Assembly (NCBI RefSeq): GCF_964355755.1
Contig: NC_092672.1
Span: forward strand, 7,564,001-7,628,000
From: Antedon mediterranea
Lineage: Eukaryota > Animalia > Echinodermata
Length of the DNA stretch: 64,000 bases
Direction: 5' to 3'
The notes below the pieces were generated by a model, which saw only the letters and a list, made by a program, of their open reading frames with translations, searched no databases and had not been told where the DNA came from. Every line of letters starts with the position of its first letter. Position 1 is the stretch's first letter. Positions 1-15,000 of this stretch are shown piece after piece. A program made the translations under genes and the position numbers.

Positions 1-3000
1 TTGAGATGGCCATAGTATCTGAGGGTGAATGCGGTGAGTTTTTAAAATAATAAATTAATAATAAAATCAGTAATTTAAACATTTAAATATTAATTAATTG
101 TTTCATATTATGTTCAAGTAGCTTTGCATCAAAAAGTGAAGTTAGTTGGTAAGATGTTTTTCCCTATTTGAATAGTTAAAGAATGAATATTATGTCGGTG
201 CAGTATATCTATACCCCCTGCTTCCTTTAGCTTGAATCTAACCATAGCTATCAGCATAAGCTTGGTGGTCTTGAGGTATAATAAATCATTTTAAGCTCAT
301 TTGTTCAAGTCCCACTTTAGAGTTACTTACATGGTTGTGTTCTCAATGTAAGTATATTAAAAGGATCTTTAGTTTCTGCTACGACTTTATAAACATAATT
401 GTCAACACATGCCTACTAATCAAATAGTGTTGTGGTTGCATCAGTGCTATGATTTTAACCCCAAACCATATTTGTATTTGTCTTTAAATTCAGTGACTGA
501 CAAGGCAGCTTTGTGTCTAGAACATCTCTGTGACTTTGGTTACTGTATTGTAGAGGGCGGCAAACCAGTTTGCAAATGCGACATGATGTGTCCTGTAATG
601 TATAAACCAGTTTGTGGAAGCGATGGTATGTCTTATGGTAGTGGCTGTGAACTTTATCAAGCAGCCTGTGAACTGAAGATGGATATTGTTATTGCATACG
701 AAGGTCTATGCGGTAAGGACTGGTTTGCACTTTTTGGAAGTGTTGTACAAGGTCTCCCAATAATCGTGGGAGTGATCTTCTATTTTCCACTTAAGATGCA
801 AGTTTTCTTGATTGTTTTAAATATACTAAAAATCATCCTGATAGTACATAAATTAACAAATTAGTCCCTAATACTAGATTCATATTTTATTAGTCCAGTC
901 TTTTCTTCCTTAATTAAAAGTGAAAAATGTATTGCCAATATATTTTCCATAAAGCACATCAGCTTACTGTAGAGCCTATGTTATTGTTACTTTTTCCGGC
1001 CACGATTTACTATAAAAATGATATATATAATATCTATATAATATAACTGTTATTAACTTATTGTTTAATGTATTTTAAAATCTATGGTTTGGCCATGTTT
1101 TATAAAGTCTCCCAATATTTACAATTGTTCTCAAGTTTGGATCTTGAAACATTGAGATTTCAACTAAGAAACTCCATAGTACAAGTCTATAATCACACAT
1201 CCTTGAAACCTTATTGATAAAGCAAGCAATAGTTACAATTAGTACACATTTTACTCACCTGGCCTAAGATTAAATTTGTTTAGCTACCATCTTTTATATT
1301 TGATGGCAATCTAGTTTTATTGCATATAACATCACTCAGTTTAACTACACATTGTATTTTATTTTATACAAAGCACAGTTGTTTTCAATCTTCTCTATCT
1401 ACCTTTCCTGACTATTTTAGTGTCATACATCTTTACATAATATAAAAACAAATGCAAACTTTCCTATTCACTTTTTTTATTCAGTTTGTACTATTCTGTT
1501 AGTAAATACTTGAACAGTGCTCATCCATTTTAGATAGCACTAGTAGGCCTACAATGGAATCTATTTTATTTCAGAGGGTTGTGAGCAACATGAGTGCGAG
1601 TATGGTGCCATCTGTGAGATGACCATAGATGGACCTAAGTGCGTCTGTTCAGAAGGATGCATAGAAGTCCAGGCCCCAGTGTGTGGTTCTGATGGAGTCA
1701 CGTACAGTAATGAATGTGTACTACGTGTAGAAGCTTGTAAAACCGAAGCAAATACATCCGTGGCATCACTGGGTCTTTGTGGTAAGCACTGCACTATAAA
1801 ATGTTCACACTCACTCAGTAACAGCATCACATTTAATATTCATTTAGCTTCTATCACGTTTTTATTTATATTTCACTTTGGTTCTTTTACCTAAACATAA
1901 AGCTTGGTTCTCAATAGGAAGCAATTCAAAGACGTAAGCGCAACGCATGTTTATTAAAAAAAATCATAACACAATTGAACATCCAAACTGTCGCTTGTGA
2001 TTGGTCAACTCACTTGAGATGTTTTTACATCCTTGCATTGCGTCCTGTGTTGGATCCAAGCTTAAATTCTTTAATAAATTTACTGCAGTAGTAGTGTGTA
2101 CTGCAGTAACCTATTTGCTATAACTATTACTGGAACTTCCATTGAAATAATGCATTAATGTTTCATACTTTTTTTGGTTTTCTTACTTTACAGTAATAAC
2201 AATGGCACTAAAGCTTGGTGATGATTGTTTGCCTTTAAGTAAAAGGTGTTTGGTTCAATTTACTCATATACCTACTGTAATATTTTTGATGTATAATGGA
2301 ATAAAGCTACTACCATTGTTAATTTCTTATAGATGAATGTGCTGATGTCACCTGCGAGTTTGGAGCTGAGTGTGATCGAGGAATGTGTCAATGCCAGACA
2401 GTCTGCCCTTTGAACTTCCAACCAATATGTGGTGAGGATGGCAAGACTTATGATAATGAGTGTTCAATGAAACTGGCAAGTTGTGAAACAAAGAAAAACA
2501 TTCTTAAAGATTTTGATGGAAGGTGTGAACAAGGTGAGTATCTAAATAAGTTTGTATTGAAAAAACTAATGTTAACACCTTATCACAATCAACAGTCCTG
2601 TACAGTGGTTACTCACGCGAAACTGTGGGAGGAGAAAATTAGAGTTGAAAAAAAATACCATTTGGAAAATTCCAGTTAGAACCAGTTTACATGTAATTTG
2701 GAATTACAGGAATTGTCTCCTTCCAGAGTTACAGGTATCAATTGGAAACTGTTTCCTGTATTAACTTGCAATTTTGTTTAGGTGCTGATAGATTTACGAT
2801 TGCGGAGTTTGTTATGTGTCTTTGCATAGATTAGGTCATTATTAATTGTATATTTACTAGTTACTTTGCATTTATTTACACAGACGGTGATGATGAGGAT
2901 GACTTCAGTGGTTCTGGTATTTATCATGTTAACATATTAAATGTCTTGGGATTCTTGCTTTAATTCTTGATGGGCTTAAGCTTGCTTTAGATATGCACAG

Positions 3001-6000
3001 CACATCAATGCAATTCAATCTCTTTATTTATCTCATAAAAAAAACAAATAATACACATAATAAAGAGGAGTAAAATAAATTTAAAGAAGGTAGACCTCCA
3101 GGAAACCCCAAGGAGCTTGTGATAGAAGAAAAAAAAAGTTACAAAAGATAAATATAATAAAAAGCCTGAATCTTCTAATATAAAATACAAAACATGCATC
3201 AATTCCTGCAAATTTTGTTTTTTGCATACAAATTAGGCTGTGGGGTTGCCTGAAAGATATCACAGAATATTTTGGGTTTTTTACATAGCTTCAGCTGTGT
3301 ATCCAGATTTCAAATTTTTTAATTTTAAATAGAAAAGAACCAAAACTTTGAGATTGTTGGAAGTTTTATTATAAGATTTAAGACCTTACTAAACTTAACA
3401 CAAATTCTCCAAAAAAGAAAATTTCCACAAAATTTGTAATCATTAATTACTAATCGATACAGTACACTACTGTCTGATGTATTGGCATGCATATGGTAAA
3501 CACATCAAATACAAGTTCATTGAGAAGCTATAAGTGATTTCCCTTGTGGAAGATAAAACGTATGTTACTTCTAATGAATATATTCTCAGACGTTTTTGCA
3601 TCTTGTTGTCTTTATGTGCACTTGCATTGTGAATATAGTATGCCTACAGACTGGATTGTAATACTATAGGTTTTACACTTTTTTTTGCACAGGTTTTTAT
3701 AAAAAAATCACAAACCCTTGTTCTTACACACATGCAATGATTAAGAGAATAAACAATTTATAGACAGACCTTTTGCTTGCAATTATTATTGAGGTATTTG
3801 ACAAATTTCGAACATTTTGTTCTTTTTTCGGTTATGGTACTTTGTCTTTTGCTTTTTTTTTGGCTTGTTGGATAGTTTAGGATAGGAAATCGTGTGACAT
3901 ATGTGGAGATGTTCCCAATGCAAATAGAAAGTCACCTTTTTTATCTACGACAACCAACAAATTGGAGTGCCTTCCCAATTTCATCAGGGACATCTACACA
4001 ATGTTGCTATTTATTATAGTGTAATTTTAACATGTAATACCGCAGTACATTAGGTCTATGTAAACATGGTATTGGCGTTTCGATGTGTAAATGTTAATGT
4101 ACTGCTTTTATAGGAATATTAATATGTTGCTTAGTGAGAAATATCACAAATGTATGTATGGAATCGGCAATATTTAGCACCTGGTAATCCAGGTACTACA
4201 TTAAACACTGTTAAGTTGGCACCTGTTGGATGGTCATGTGTTAAGATTAACACCTGGTAGATAGTGTTTGCACTAGTTTGCATTTGTGCTGCACATTTGA
4301 ACTTGTCAATATGTGAATGGTGATTCTAAGTCCTAAAATGTGCTATCAGATAAAGTCTTAATTCAATATAACACATTAATAGTTTATTGTATTTTGTTTT
4401 ATATAATTCTAAATTCACATCTATTAACAATAATTTGTTTTAAGTTAATTTATTTTGTTACTAACATTTAGTTTGTTTTCTTAATTTATTTTAAATTCAG
4501 GGTCTGGATCAGGATACGAAGGAAGTGGACTAGGTAGAGTAGCCACACTGTTAATTGTCCAAACACTGTCCTTGTCAAATTTGTCCAATTCCAATACTGT
4601 AGAGCTTGTATTTTTTTAATTCTCTAGTTTTGCCATTTTCGTAATTTTCATCATTTTTTAAGATAGTCAAATTACCATCCATTTTTACATTGATGCCTTT
4701 TCTTAAATTACCAACCAGATTTACAAAACCTTAAACAAGTCCGCAGATCTAAATTTTTACATTCCTACTTTCTGAAACAATTCTCTTCTTAAATAAGGGC
4801 ATATAAAAGATACAGAGCTCTACAGTTCATTGCAGATCAAAATCAAAACATTCTGTTAAATTAAGAAATAATCCATAATTGTTTTGTTTATCGAGCTGTT
4901 TACTATCTGTTCTCTTGTTTATCATCTGTTTTATTGTTTGTCATAAGTTTAAAGTAGAGGTTGTGGATTATTGAATTTGTTGAATTAAATAGATTATTGT
5001 ATTGCATTAAAGTAAAATTGTTTATTTTGTTGGACATTTACTTTTTTTTTAATTCTTGGTGCCTGTCAACAAGTTCTAATAATTAATACTCACTAAAGCT
5101 GGGTTCCCACTACAATGAAATACAATGTTGTATGCACTAATTGAATGACAAATTACTAGTTTTGCATTACATCCTTGTATTGTCTCAATTTGATATTTAT
5201 CATTGACAAAAACAATATGTCCTTTGGTTTGGTAAAACTAATTGAATGTTTGTGTTATTTTATTCAATGTTGCTCAATTTCTGTGATGTGCTTGGTAACT
5301 CTAACTTTTCTCAAAATGTTGTTATTGTTGCTAAAGTACCTATAACACTACGCTATTTCTTGTGTAAATTCACTACATCATTTCAATCATATTTCACATA
5401 CATTTACAAGCTTTCATTTTATTCTATATGTGGATAAAATAAGTTATTAAACCGTCTTTTTTATACCTTTTTTATTATTCAATAATTCATCTTTTTGTGT
5501 TTTCTTGTATGGTGTAATTTAATACTAAAAGGTATATCTAAACATAAAAATTAATCTGTAGGAGTAAAGTTTAAATCATGTTTATACCATTATCAATAAA
5601 CCAGTTTGTTCCAGTATCAGTAAATCAATACAAGTTTAAAACAGATAAAGAAACCAGTTATACCAATATCAGTATCAACACTAGTTTATATCAGTATCAA
5701 TACACCAGTTTATTCTAGTATCATTAACCAGTTTATTCTAGTATTAGTAAACCAGTTTATTCCAGTATCAGTAAACCAATACCAGTTTATGCCAGTATCA
5801 ATAAACCAGTTTATGCCAGTATCAATAAACCAGTTTATGCCAGTATCAATAAACCAGTTTATGCCAGTATCAATAAACCAGTTTATGCCAGTATCAATAA
5901 ACCAGTTTACGCCAGTATCATTCAATCAAAAGTCATCAAAATAAGTACAGTATATTTACACTTTAATAATGTCTTATTTTGAATCAAGGTTCTGGGTCTG

Positions 6001-9000
6001 GAGAAGATGATGGTTCAGGTAAACGTTGCGATACTAGGTACAACTGTTTTTATGGAACGTGCGAACAGACTGATGATGAGTTTGGTCGCTGTAGTTGCAA
6101 GTTTCGCTGTCCTCTTTTACGTGAACCTGTTTGCGGTTCAGATGGCAAGACATATGCTAGTGAATGTAACATGAGAGAGCATTCCTGCAAGAGCAGTAAA
6201 TATATAGCTGCCACAAAGTATAGCTCTTGTGAAGGTAAAATTTATTTTCATAGCTCATATAACTGTATTCTTATACGGTAGAACCATTATTAGGGGGATA
6301 CCGTCAGGACCAAACAAAGTTTCCCCTGAATGACGTGTCTCCTGATTAGGGGTTGGCTTTCCAAAGAAAGTGTCCTCTTAATATGGATGTTTAAAGCATT
6401 TCTTGCCTTCTTTCATTTCACAAGATCGTGTCTTCATAACAAGGGTGTCCTCTAGTAAATAAATATTTTATTTTGCAGAAGATTTTGGGGCCTGTGATGG
6501 TGAGACACCATTAAAGAGACCAGGTACTAATAAAGATCTGTACTGTGGACCAGAGGAAGGTTCTGATACCTGTCCTGAGAAAAGTTACTGTCATACCAAT
6601 ACAGAGAAAACATTTGCTAAATGCTGTCCAGGTGAGAATATTTTTTTATTGTGAATTGTTAATTATGATTAATCAATATATTGATTTTTGTAAAAATCAA
6701 AATTGATTGTTGTTGATATGGTAAATTGATAAGACCATTCAGCTACCATTAATGTTACTATCTTTAAAGTGATTTTAATAAGTACACTTCTTACTTAACA
6801 TATTCATTGTGTATATATCAATAATATCTATTTTTTTATAATGATTTTCTTATAATTATTTTCTTATACAATGCATCATTTTTGTCATCTAGCTTTTCCA
6901 GGTTTGTTAAAATGACAGTGATACAGTTTTGCACAATATTTTCTGTGTTTCTATATTGTATGGTTCACCCACCTTAGTATAGTATGTAGTTTACTTGAGA
7001 TGTGTGTCATCCTTACTGGGTAAAGTGATGTGACCTATTGTGTTATTTGTTTGATATATTGTAATACTGTTGTAAAATTATGAAGCCTTCCTCAAATAAA
7101 AAACGAACAACCATTGTACTTTGAGTCTTGGTGCCATACAGTGTATGATTGAGTGGCAGATATTATTTTGTGGTGAAAAAACTTCTTTGACCAGCAAACA
7201 ACAAAGAACCTTATTAGTAGATAAAAGATTTTCCTAGTTTACCAGGTGTTGTTACCAGTTCTTGTGAGAGTATGTGGCTTATTGTGTATCAGAATGCTTT
7301 TGTCTGGAGCCGCCTAGTATTAAAACTACCTGTTTTGTTTAGTAAGGTTATTCCATTTGCCAGTCATCTCATAAATGGTTTGATGAATTCTTATATAGCT
7401 TTAGATGGTGGTTTTCAAGCACCATTTCGGATTTTCACACTGTGTTTCAACACATTCTGCTTTTTGGTAGCACCTAATTAATTGTTCTTCTATTTAATGT
7501 TGATAAAACTGCACTTCTGTTTCTGTTCTGTCAGAGATATGTTGATTTAACATGCACAATTTATTTAGTATGACTATTAAGATAAGGTTAATCACTTTAG
7601 CCACCATAATTTTAAGGAAATTCTATAAAATTATGAAAATATTAAGTGTTATTATTAAAATTTACTATTATTTTCAGAGGAAAAAACTCATGGATGCACA
7701 GAGTCTATGTATGGTTGCTGCCCAGATGGAAAAACTTCTGCAAGAGGAACAAACTTTGCAGGTTGTCCAAGTAAGTATGCATTTTAAATCTCCTAAAATG
7801 ATTATTAGATTTGACTTAATACACTGGTTCTTGCAATCCCACCAAATATAAAACACCAAAAGCCATATGTGATTAAGGAATGAGAAACTACATTTTATTC
7901 ATTATCATTTTTGTAAAGGCTTGTGCAAATGTAATGAGCTAGGATCCTATAGAAGAACATGTGACCCAACATCTTTCCAGTGTTCGTGTAAACCGGGTGT
8001 TGGTGGAAGCAGATGTGATCGGTGTGAACCAGGCTTCTGGGACTTCAGAGGAATTCAGAATGGAAATAGTGGTTGTCGAGGTAAATTATAGTTTACAATA
8101 TACCTTTACTTTCAAAACTAAACATTTCTTTTGTATTCTTTATACCAGGTGACCTCTTTTGTACAAGACTTCCCCTCCCCCCCTCAGAGGGTCAGTACAC
8201 AACTTACAAAACAATTGATACCATTCACAAAACACAGCACAACCAACCACCACACATCAAATGTTTACATATCTTTTAACTGTAAACCAAAATCTAGGAA
8301 GTTCACTATGCCATAGTACCAAGATTTCTCCAAAATTGTGCCACTGCCTATACTTGGAGACTTGGTTAAGAACGCAATGTTTTCCAATACTGTGTTTTGA
8401 TAAAAATTCCAACTAGGTTTTGAATAACCTGATGATACGTTGTGTAATAAACTATTGTATGTATTGATGGCCTGCATGTCATGTGACACGCCCAAGTTTC
8501 AGCTTAATTTAAATGTACCAATATTATTATACTTTAGCCTGTAGTTGTCAGCCTGGTGGATCGATACGTGATGATTGTCATCAAATGACTGGACAGTGTC
8601 TATGTAAAGAATCTGTTATGGGAATGAAGTGTGATATCTGTCCATTTGAAGAAGTTATGACATCATCTGGATGTAAGTACAACATCTGAATTGTATTGTT
8701 TAACTTAACTTTCACTGTACTTGTATATAAGCATACAGTATAGGACATTTGAATACCTTATAATTAACTGACTTACTTTATTATTTTAGGTGAGTTACTG
8801 GAACCAGGTCAGGTGGTCAAATCATGTGATGAGCTAGAATGTCGTTATGGATGCAGTGAAGCAAGAGGTGTAGCAACATGCAAGTGTCCTGTTAGCTGTC
8901 CAGATGTTGGACCTGTTTGTGGAAGTGATGGAGCTACATACGCTAGCGAGTGCATGCTTGACCTGGTTGCGTGTCGAACCAATCAAAATCTGCGACTAGT

Positions 9001-12000
9001 ATCAAGAGAAAAATGCAAAAGTAATAACATTTTGTAATTCTCCATTCTTTATGTCAAATGATTTAATAAACAATGCTTCAACTCACCAATAATTGATTAT
9101 TGATTGTATTTATTCAGAACCTCCTCCATGCCCATCGACAAACTGCCAAGTACTGTGTCCACGCGGATTTGAACAAGATGAGAATGGATGCCAAACATGC
9201 AAATGCATTGGTAGGTTGTTTTATAATAATGTTTGCTCCAAAAGTTCTTATTAACATTTTGAACTATTAAAAATAAGTTTTTACCCAGCAACTAATAAAA
9301 TATATATTTTGACAAGTTTTCACTCTGAATTTATTCTTTTTACCATAGCAGAACCAACAACAAGCCCCGATATTGTCACTGAAACACCAGAGGTAAGCTC
9401 TGAATCACCAGAGGTAAGCTCTGAATCACCAGATGTAGTCACCACAAAGTCGGAAATTGTCACCATGGCACCAGAAAATATCACCATGGTGCCAGAAGAT
9501 GTCACTATGGCCCATGAGGATATGTCAACAACACCAATGCAAACACAGCCAGGAAAACTTCTTACTGCTGATATGTCTACATTGGAGCCTGATGAAATGG
9601 CAACAACAATCATTGAAGGAGTTACTTACAGAACTGAATTGGTAACAGAGTATCCAAAGGAAGTCACTGGCGAACCAAAGATGGAAACTGATGGCCAACC
9701 ATCAAAGACTGATCAGTTTTTCACATCAAACATGATTGTAATGGAAACAAGTACTTTATATGAAACAGTAACCATTGATATTGATAAGACAGAGAAAATG
9801 GTTTCTGGTAAGACACTGAAAGCCACTGAAGAATCAAAACTAGAGGTCACTCCAGAACCTCTGATCCAGACAACACTTCTAGCTACTGAAGTTGTTACTG
9901 AACGTGTAGACATGGGACCCATACCAACCTCTTCAGAAAAACTTCAACAGCAGACTACTGGATTTGGTATGGAACCCACTAAAATGTCCACAGAGATAGT
10001 AGAAAAAGATGTTACTGAGACAGTAGAAAAAGATGTCACTGAGGCAGTAGGAAAAGATGTCACTGAGACTTTAGAAAAAGATGTCACTGAGACTTTAGAA
10101 AAAGATGTCACTGAAACATTAGAAAGAGATGTAACTGAAAAGACAGAAATAGTTACAGAGAAAGTTATTGCTACTGAAATGTCCAATGTCAGAGTCACAA
10201 AGAATATTCCAGTTACTACTATGCCATCTGATGATGAAGATCTCTCTACAGAAATGGGTTCAGGGACAGGTAAAGTTACAGTTTCTATACAATAAAAGAG
10301 GTAGTTTCTGGATGATTAGATTTGGAGTTTTCTAGTTGGTGGTTTTCCTAAGCAGGTAGCCTCAACTGTCTTTGAGGGCACTTCTGTTTGTTAAAATGTG
10401 TAAAAATAGTGTACATTATAGCTTCTTCTTACGGACACCCTGTTCAGCTGATACCCACATTTAGCTCCTTTTTGATGTTACATCATTGGTTTTTTGCATT
10501 AGGTGAAGATCTTGAGCAAGGTGGTACCACACCAGTACTCATGACAAATATTGTTGGAACCACAGTAATGCCATTGTACACTGGATCAGGATGTGAGATG
10601 ACTAAGTTTGGTTGCTGTGAGGATGGTATTACACCATCTGATGGTCCTGATGGAATGGACTGTCCGCTGGTTGGTAAGTAAAAATCTTATTCATTTAAAA
10701 AAAGTTCTTTAAATAGATTTTTTCCATATAGTTAATATCCATATGTTCAGAAAAATATGTGCAATTGTAAGTGAAGTGAAATTTATTATTTTCAACTGTT
10801 AAAATGTTAAGCTCTGTCAACACTATCAAACCAATTTGAAAAAAAGTGTGACGTGCCAAAATAATAATGGTATAAAAATAAAACCAGTATATCATCGTAT
10901 ATACATTTGATTGTCACACAAAGTTTGATAGTGTAGACAGGGCTTAAGTAACTGTTAACTCAATTCACTGTACTGATTCATTTTAGTGACAACACCTGAA
11001 CCACCACCGCCAGCATGTGACTCTGTGATGTGTCAACATGGAGGTTCCTGTATCAACCGAATGGAAGAGCCTGGATTTATCTGCTTGTGTCCTCTTGGTA
11101 GAAATGGTCCTGTATGTGAAGAAGGTAAGGAATTTGTAGGTTTAATAAGTTATCACTGACCATAGAATGAAAATGTCATATAGGTTTTTTTCTGTCAATA
11201 AATGTGAAATAAAAAAAGTAATATAAAAAGAAACAAAATAATTGAATGTTTTTCGACATTATATTCAATTCAGCATTTAAGGGGCAGGGTAGTTTTTACA
11301 AAGCTTTTTTCTTTTAAGGAAAAGTGTTCAGAAATATTTTGTTACAATTTTAATTTTTAGAAACTGAATACACCACTCCTTCATTCTCTGGTCATTCATA
11401 CATTGCCTTTGAGAAGAGACGACGAACGGCAAGCTCAACAGAAATTGAAGTTGAATTCTATCCAGAATCTGATACAGGCATCCTCTTCTACTCATCTTCG
11501 TCTGATGGAGATGAGTTTATTTCAATAGAAATTGTTGACGGTTTTGTAGAGTTCAGGTTTGTTTAACATATTTTTTAATTTTTTGCTTGTGCTTTTTTAT
11601 TTATACTATTTCATTTCTATAGTAATATTTTTTTTCATAAATAAAAAATGTCACTGCTTTTCTGTGTACAGTCAGACCTTCAATACTAGATCAAATACAG
11701 TAATTATGTAAAAAAGTGTAACGTTTTTCAAGCATGACATTAACATATCAGGTGTTACATCCTCAGGTGGCAAGGTAAAGATGATGGTATCGCTAGGACA
11801 ACAATCGCCATGCCAACCACAGACAACAATAACGAGTGCGTCTTCATTAGTTTTTACCATGGTTTTATGTTCAGAAATTCTTCCATGGTTACGCCTCTTA
11901 AGCAATTCATTTATGCTAACAATACATGTTTGACTTTATTTGCCAGTATTCATATCCAGCAATCTTCTAACTCTACCATATTATACTGCCTTTATTATTA

Positions 12001-15000
12001 ATATTAATTAAATTTTGTATTCATTTACTTTGGTTCGCTCACAATTTCTTTGGTTGCTAGCTAGTTATGGGACAAACTACTTTACTTCTAAACAAACTGC
12101 AGCTTTTGGGACTTGCTTTTCTTGTAGGATCTCTTAAAAATATTTTTTACGTCTTGTCAAAAAAGACTTTGAATATAATATCAGCTTAATTATACCCTTA
12201 ATACTATAACTAGTAAACCTTTTCTTCCTCCGTTTGTTTAAATTTGCAGTTATGTTCATACCTCCTAGCCAGATACTCACTGTACCTTATTGGGTTTATT
12301 CTAAACAAACTTTTTGGACTTTGTTTTTTTTTTTGGATCTCTTTTACAAGAAAAAAGGCTTTGAATTTAATACCAATCTCATTATAACCTTAACTGTAAG
12401 TCCTTCCTTCCGTTCATTTAATTTTCCATTCACATGCATACCTCCCAACCAGATACCATCTGTTGTCCACTATACCATTATTTATGCTCCATGCACACAA
12501 TAGCCTATTTGCGCTAATGTACTGTAGTATTGGCCTGATAGCCCAATAGACCATGACAATTTTTGAAAGATATCCTAGCAAAATTAATATTGTATATTTC
12601 TAATGTTGTTCTTGATTACATATGAAACACTGTTACCATTCAATGGAACCTTATAAACTTTATATTTTCATACTCTACATTGTAGAAGTTCATTACAAAC
12701 AATGCATTTTTCATTTTTAGTTTTACTTTTGTTCATTTATGCACTACGATCATTATTCCTAGCTACTATCATTTTGACAGCAGATTGTTTTTGCAGGCAA
12801 CATAATAAGACATTAATGACATTTTTTTGTTTTATTTTTGTTAACTAATGTTTATTTATAAAAACCTAACAGTGATTATAACTATGTTATAGCGACCAAC
12901 AGTATGCATAGTCCAGTATGACTAATTAATATACATTATTTTTATATTTTTAACCTATGATTGAATATTATTATATGAATGGTTGTGTAGTGTGCAACTT
13001 ATTCAGTCATGTTATATTTGTTGGCCTAGCAACTTATGATGTTCATTTATGTGTTAATTCAGTTTTTTTGTACATGTTTATCTGTTTTCTTTATGTTTTT
13101 CATTTCTAATAGTCTACATTTCCTTCCTAATATGCTATTTGTAACAGCTAATAGTCCAATTGCAAGCTACTAACAAATATCCGACAGCCAAGCATCTTGA
13201 TAAACCCGCCTAGCATGTTTTCAGATTAATTTTTACTGGTTCTAAATGCATGTAAAACAATAATAATAATATAAAAGTAATTAATATATCCAACAATCTA
13301 ACATCTAACAAGTCCCATTCTCAACCCCTAGAGTGTTCATTGTATAATAAGATCCTCTTAATAATATGAGCCTGTAGTCTATCTTTATGCAACAATAGTC
13401 ACAATAGAAAAAATAATTACCGTATGTACTAATGCAAACATTGAATAATTTGTTCTACTAGTACTAATATCCAACTAGTCTATGTTATAGACTGTGATTC
13501 AACTAATATGGGAAAAAACATTTTGTCACACATGGTGTGTCATACCTATAAAAAAAATCAAACCACTGCTGTTGGTGGTTCCCATAATAAATAAATACTA
13601 ACAACGAAAAAAACATTTAAGAAAGGGGCTTAAGATAAAATAAAGTGTCAGACTAATTTAACAAAAAACTAATTTGACTGCTTACTGTATAATCTTAGTC
13701 ATTCAATATCTTTACTGGCTTGTGGAGTTTCCACACCACAATTCCCATACACTGTACTTCTTTCATTTCCTTTATTTTCTGAATAATTATGAATTTTTTA
13801 AGATATCAATATGAGAGAGATACTAATTGATTTCATCGGAAAGTGTTTCCTTAACATTGGTGTCCCCCTGAATTAACTGTTTAAAAGCTTTTCAACCAAT
13901 TTTAACATGTAACTGTTTCTTTCATTAGCTTTGATGTTGGATTTGATAATCTTTTGGTCCTTCGAAGCACGGAGTCCGTGTCAGTGAATGAGTGGCATAC
14001 AGTCGTTGCCATGCGTGAACGTCGTGATGGCAGCCTACAAGTTGACGATCAGGCCAAAGTTTCCAACAGGTTGGGAAGTGGGTCATCTCTTCTAATTCTA
14101 GAAACAGATGTATTTGTTGGTGGCATTCCTCTGGACCAAGAAAGGTATGTTGTACAATTTGAATATAACAATAATTTGGGTTTCAAGGCCGAGCCAATAT
14201 GAGGCAGACAATGCCTCGTCTGAAACTTTCAATTTTCAATCTTCTGACACATCTCGTCAATTTATATTAATGATTATATTGAAAGCATATTTGCCTCGTC
14301 TGTTTTCAACCTCTCGCTACGACCTTGATTTTTTTATTCTTTACACATTGAACAATTGAGAGCAGTCCCATACATTTAAAAAAGCAAATTTTGATTTTAA
14401 GAAACCATAGAAAAACAATTTTCTGTTTAATATCCAACATACAAATGAGGATACTCTATTGTTTTTCTCAAGTTAAGTTAATACAGTAAAAACCTCTATT
14501 AAGGGCAAACTTTCAAAACTGTCCTCTAAAAAGGGATTTTTTCAAGAATCAATTGAGTTTGTGAAAGCGTCCCATGAAGAAGTCAAAAGTTTTAACACAA
14601 TTGATTTTTATAACTTCTTGTTTATTCCAGTACATATGATCATCTTCAAGTATCAAGTGGCCTTGTAGGGTGTGTCAGAAAACTGTCTATAAATGATGAG
14701 CCATACCAACTGAAAGATGATGCACTGTATGGTGCCAGTGTCGGTGAATGTGGTGTTAGTCCATGTGATGCTAAACCTTGTCTTAATAATGCCACATGCA
14801 TTAAAGAAGGCGAAAATTTCATGTGTAAATGTGTTGAAGGATTCTTTGGTAATTTTTTTTTAATTTTAAAGATCTATCATTCTAAAAGTATATATTCATC
14901 TTATTATAAAATAGTGTAACATTGAACCATCTTTAGTACATTTAATACTACAGTATTGAGAATCTCTAAACATTTAAACGTTTGATTTTTAGGCCCGCTC

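Noticed and set aside
5710-5925. DTGINWFI repeat ORF
   Set aside because: By-product of a 24-bp intronic minisatellite
9320-10198. Antisense ORFs over the mucin exons (also 37172-37441, 55974-56217)
   Set aside because: Mirror frames of low-complexity Thr/Ser/Glu coding sequence
11751-12001. Open frame after a CAG in the LG1 intron, in phase with the upstream exon (possible alternative terminal exon)
   Set aside because: Weak pyrimidine tract, no recognisable protein similarity, and it would truncate LG1 mid-domain; unsupported without RNA data
12088-12457. Degenerate ~210-bp tandem duplication in an agrin intron
   Set aside because: Visible, but non-coding and heavily diverged; no functional signal
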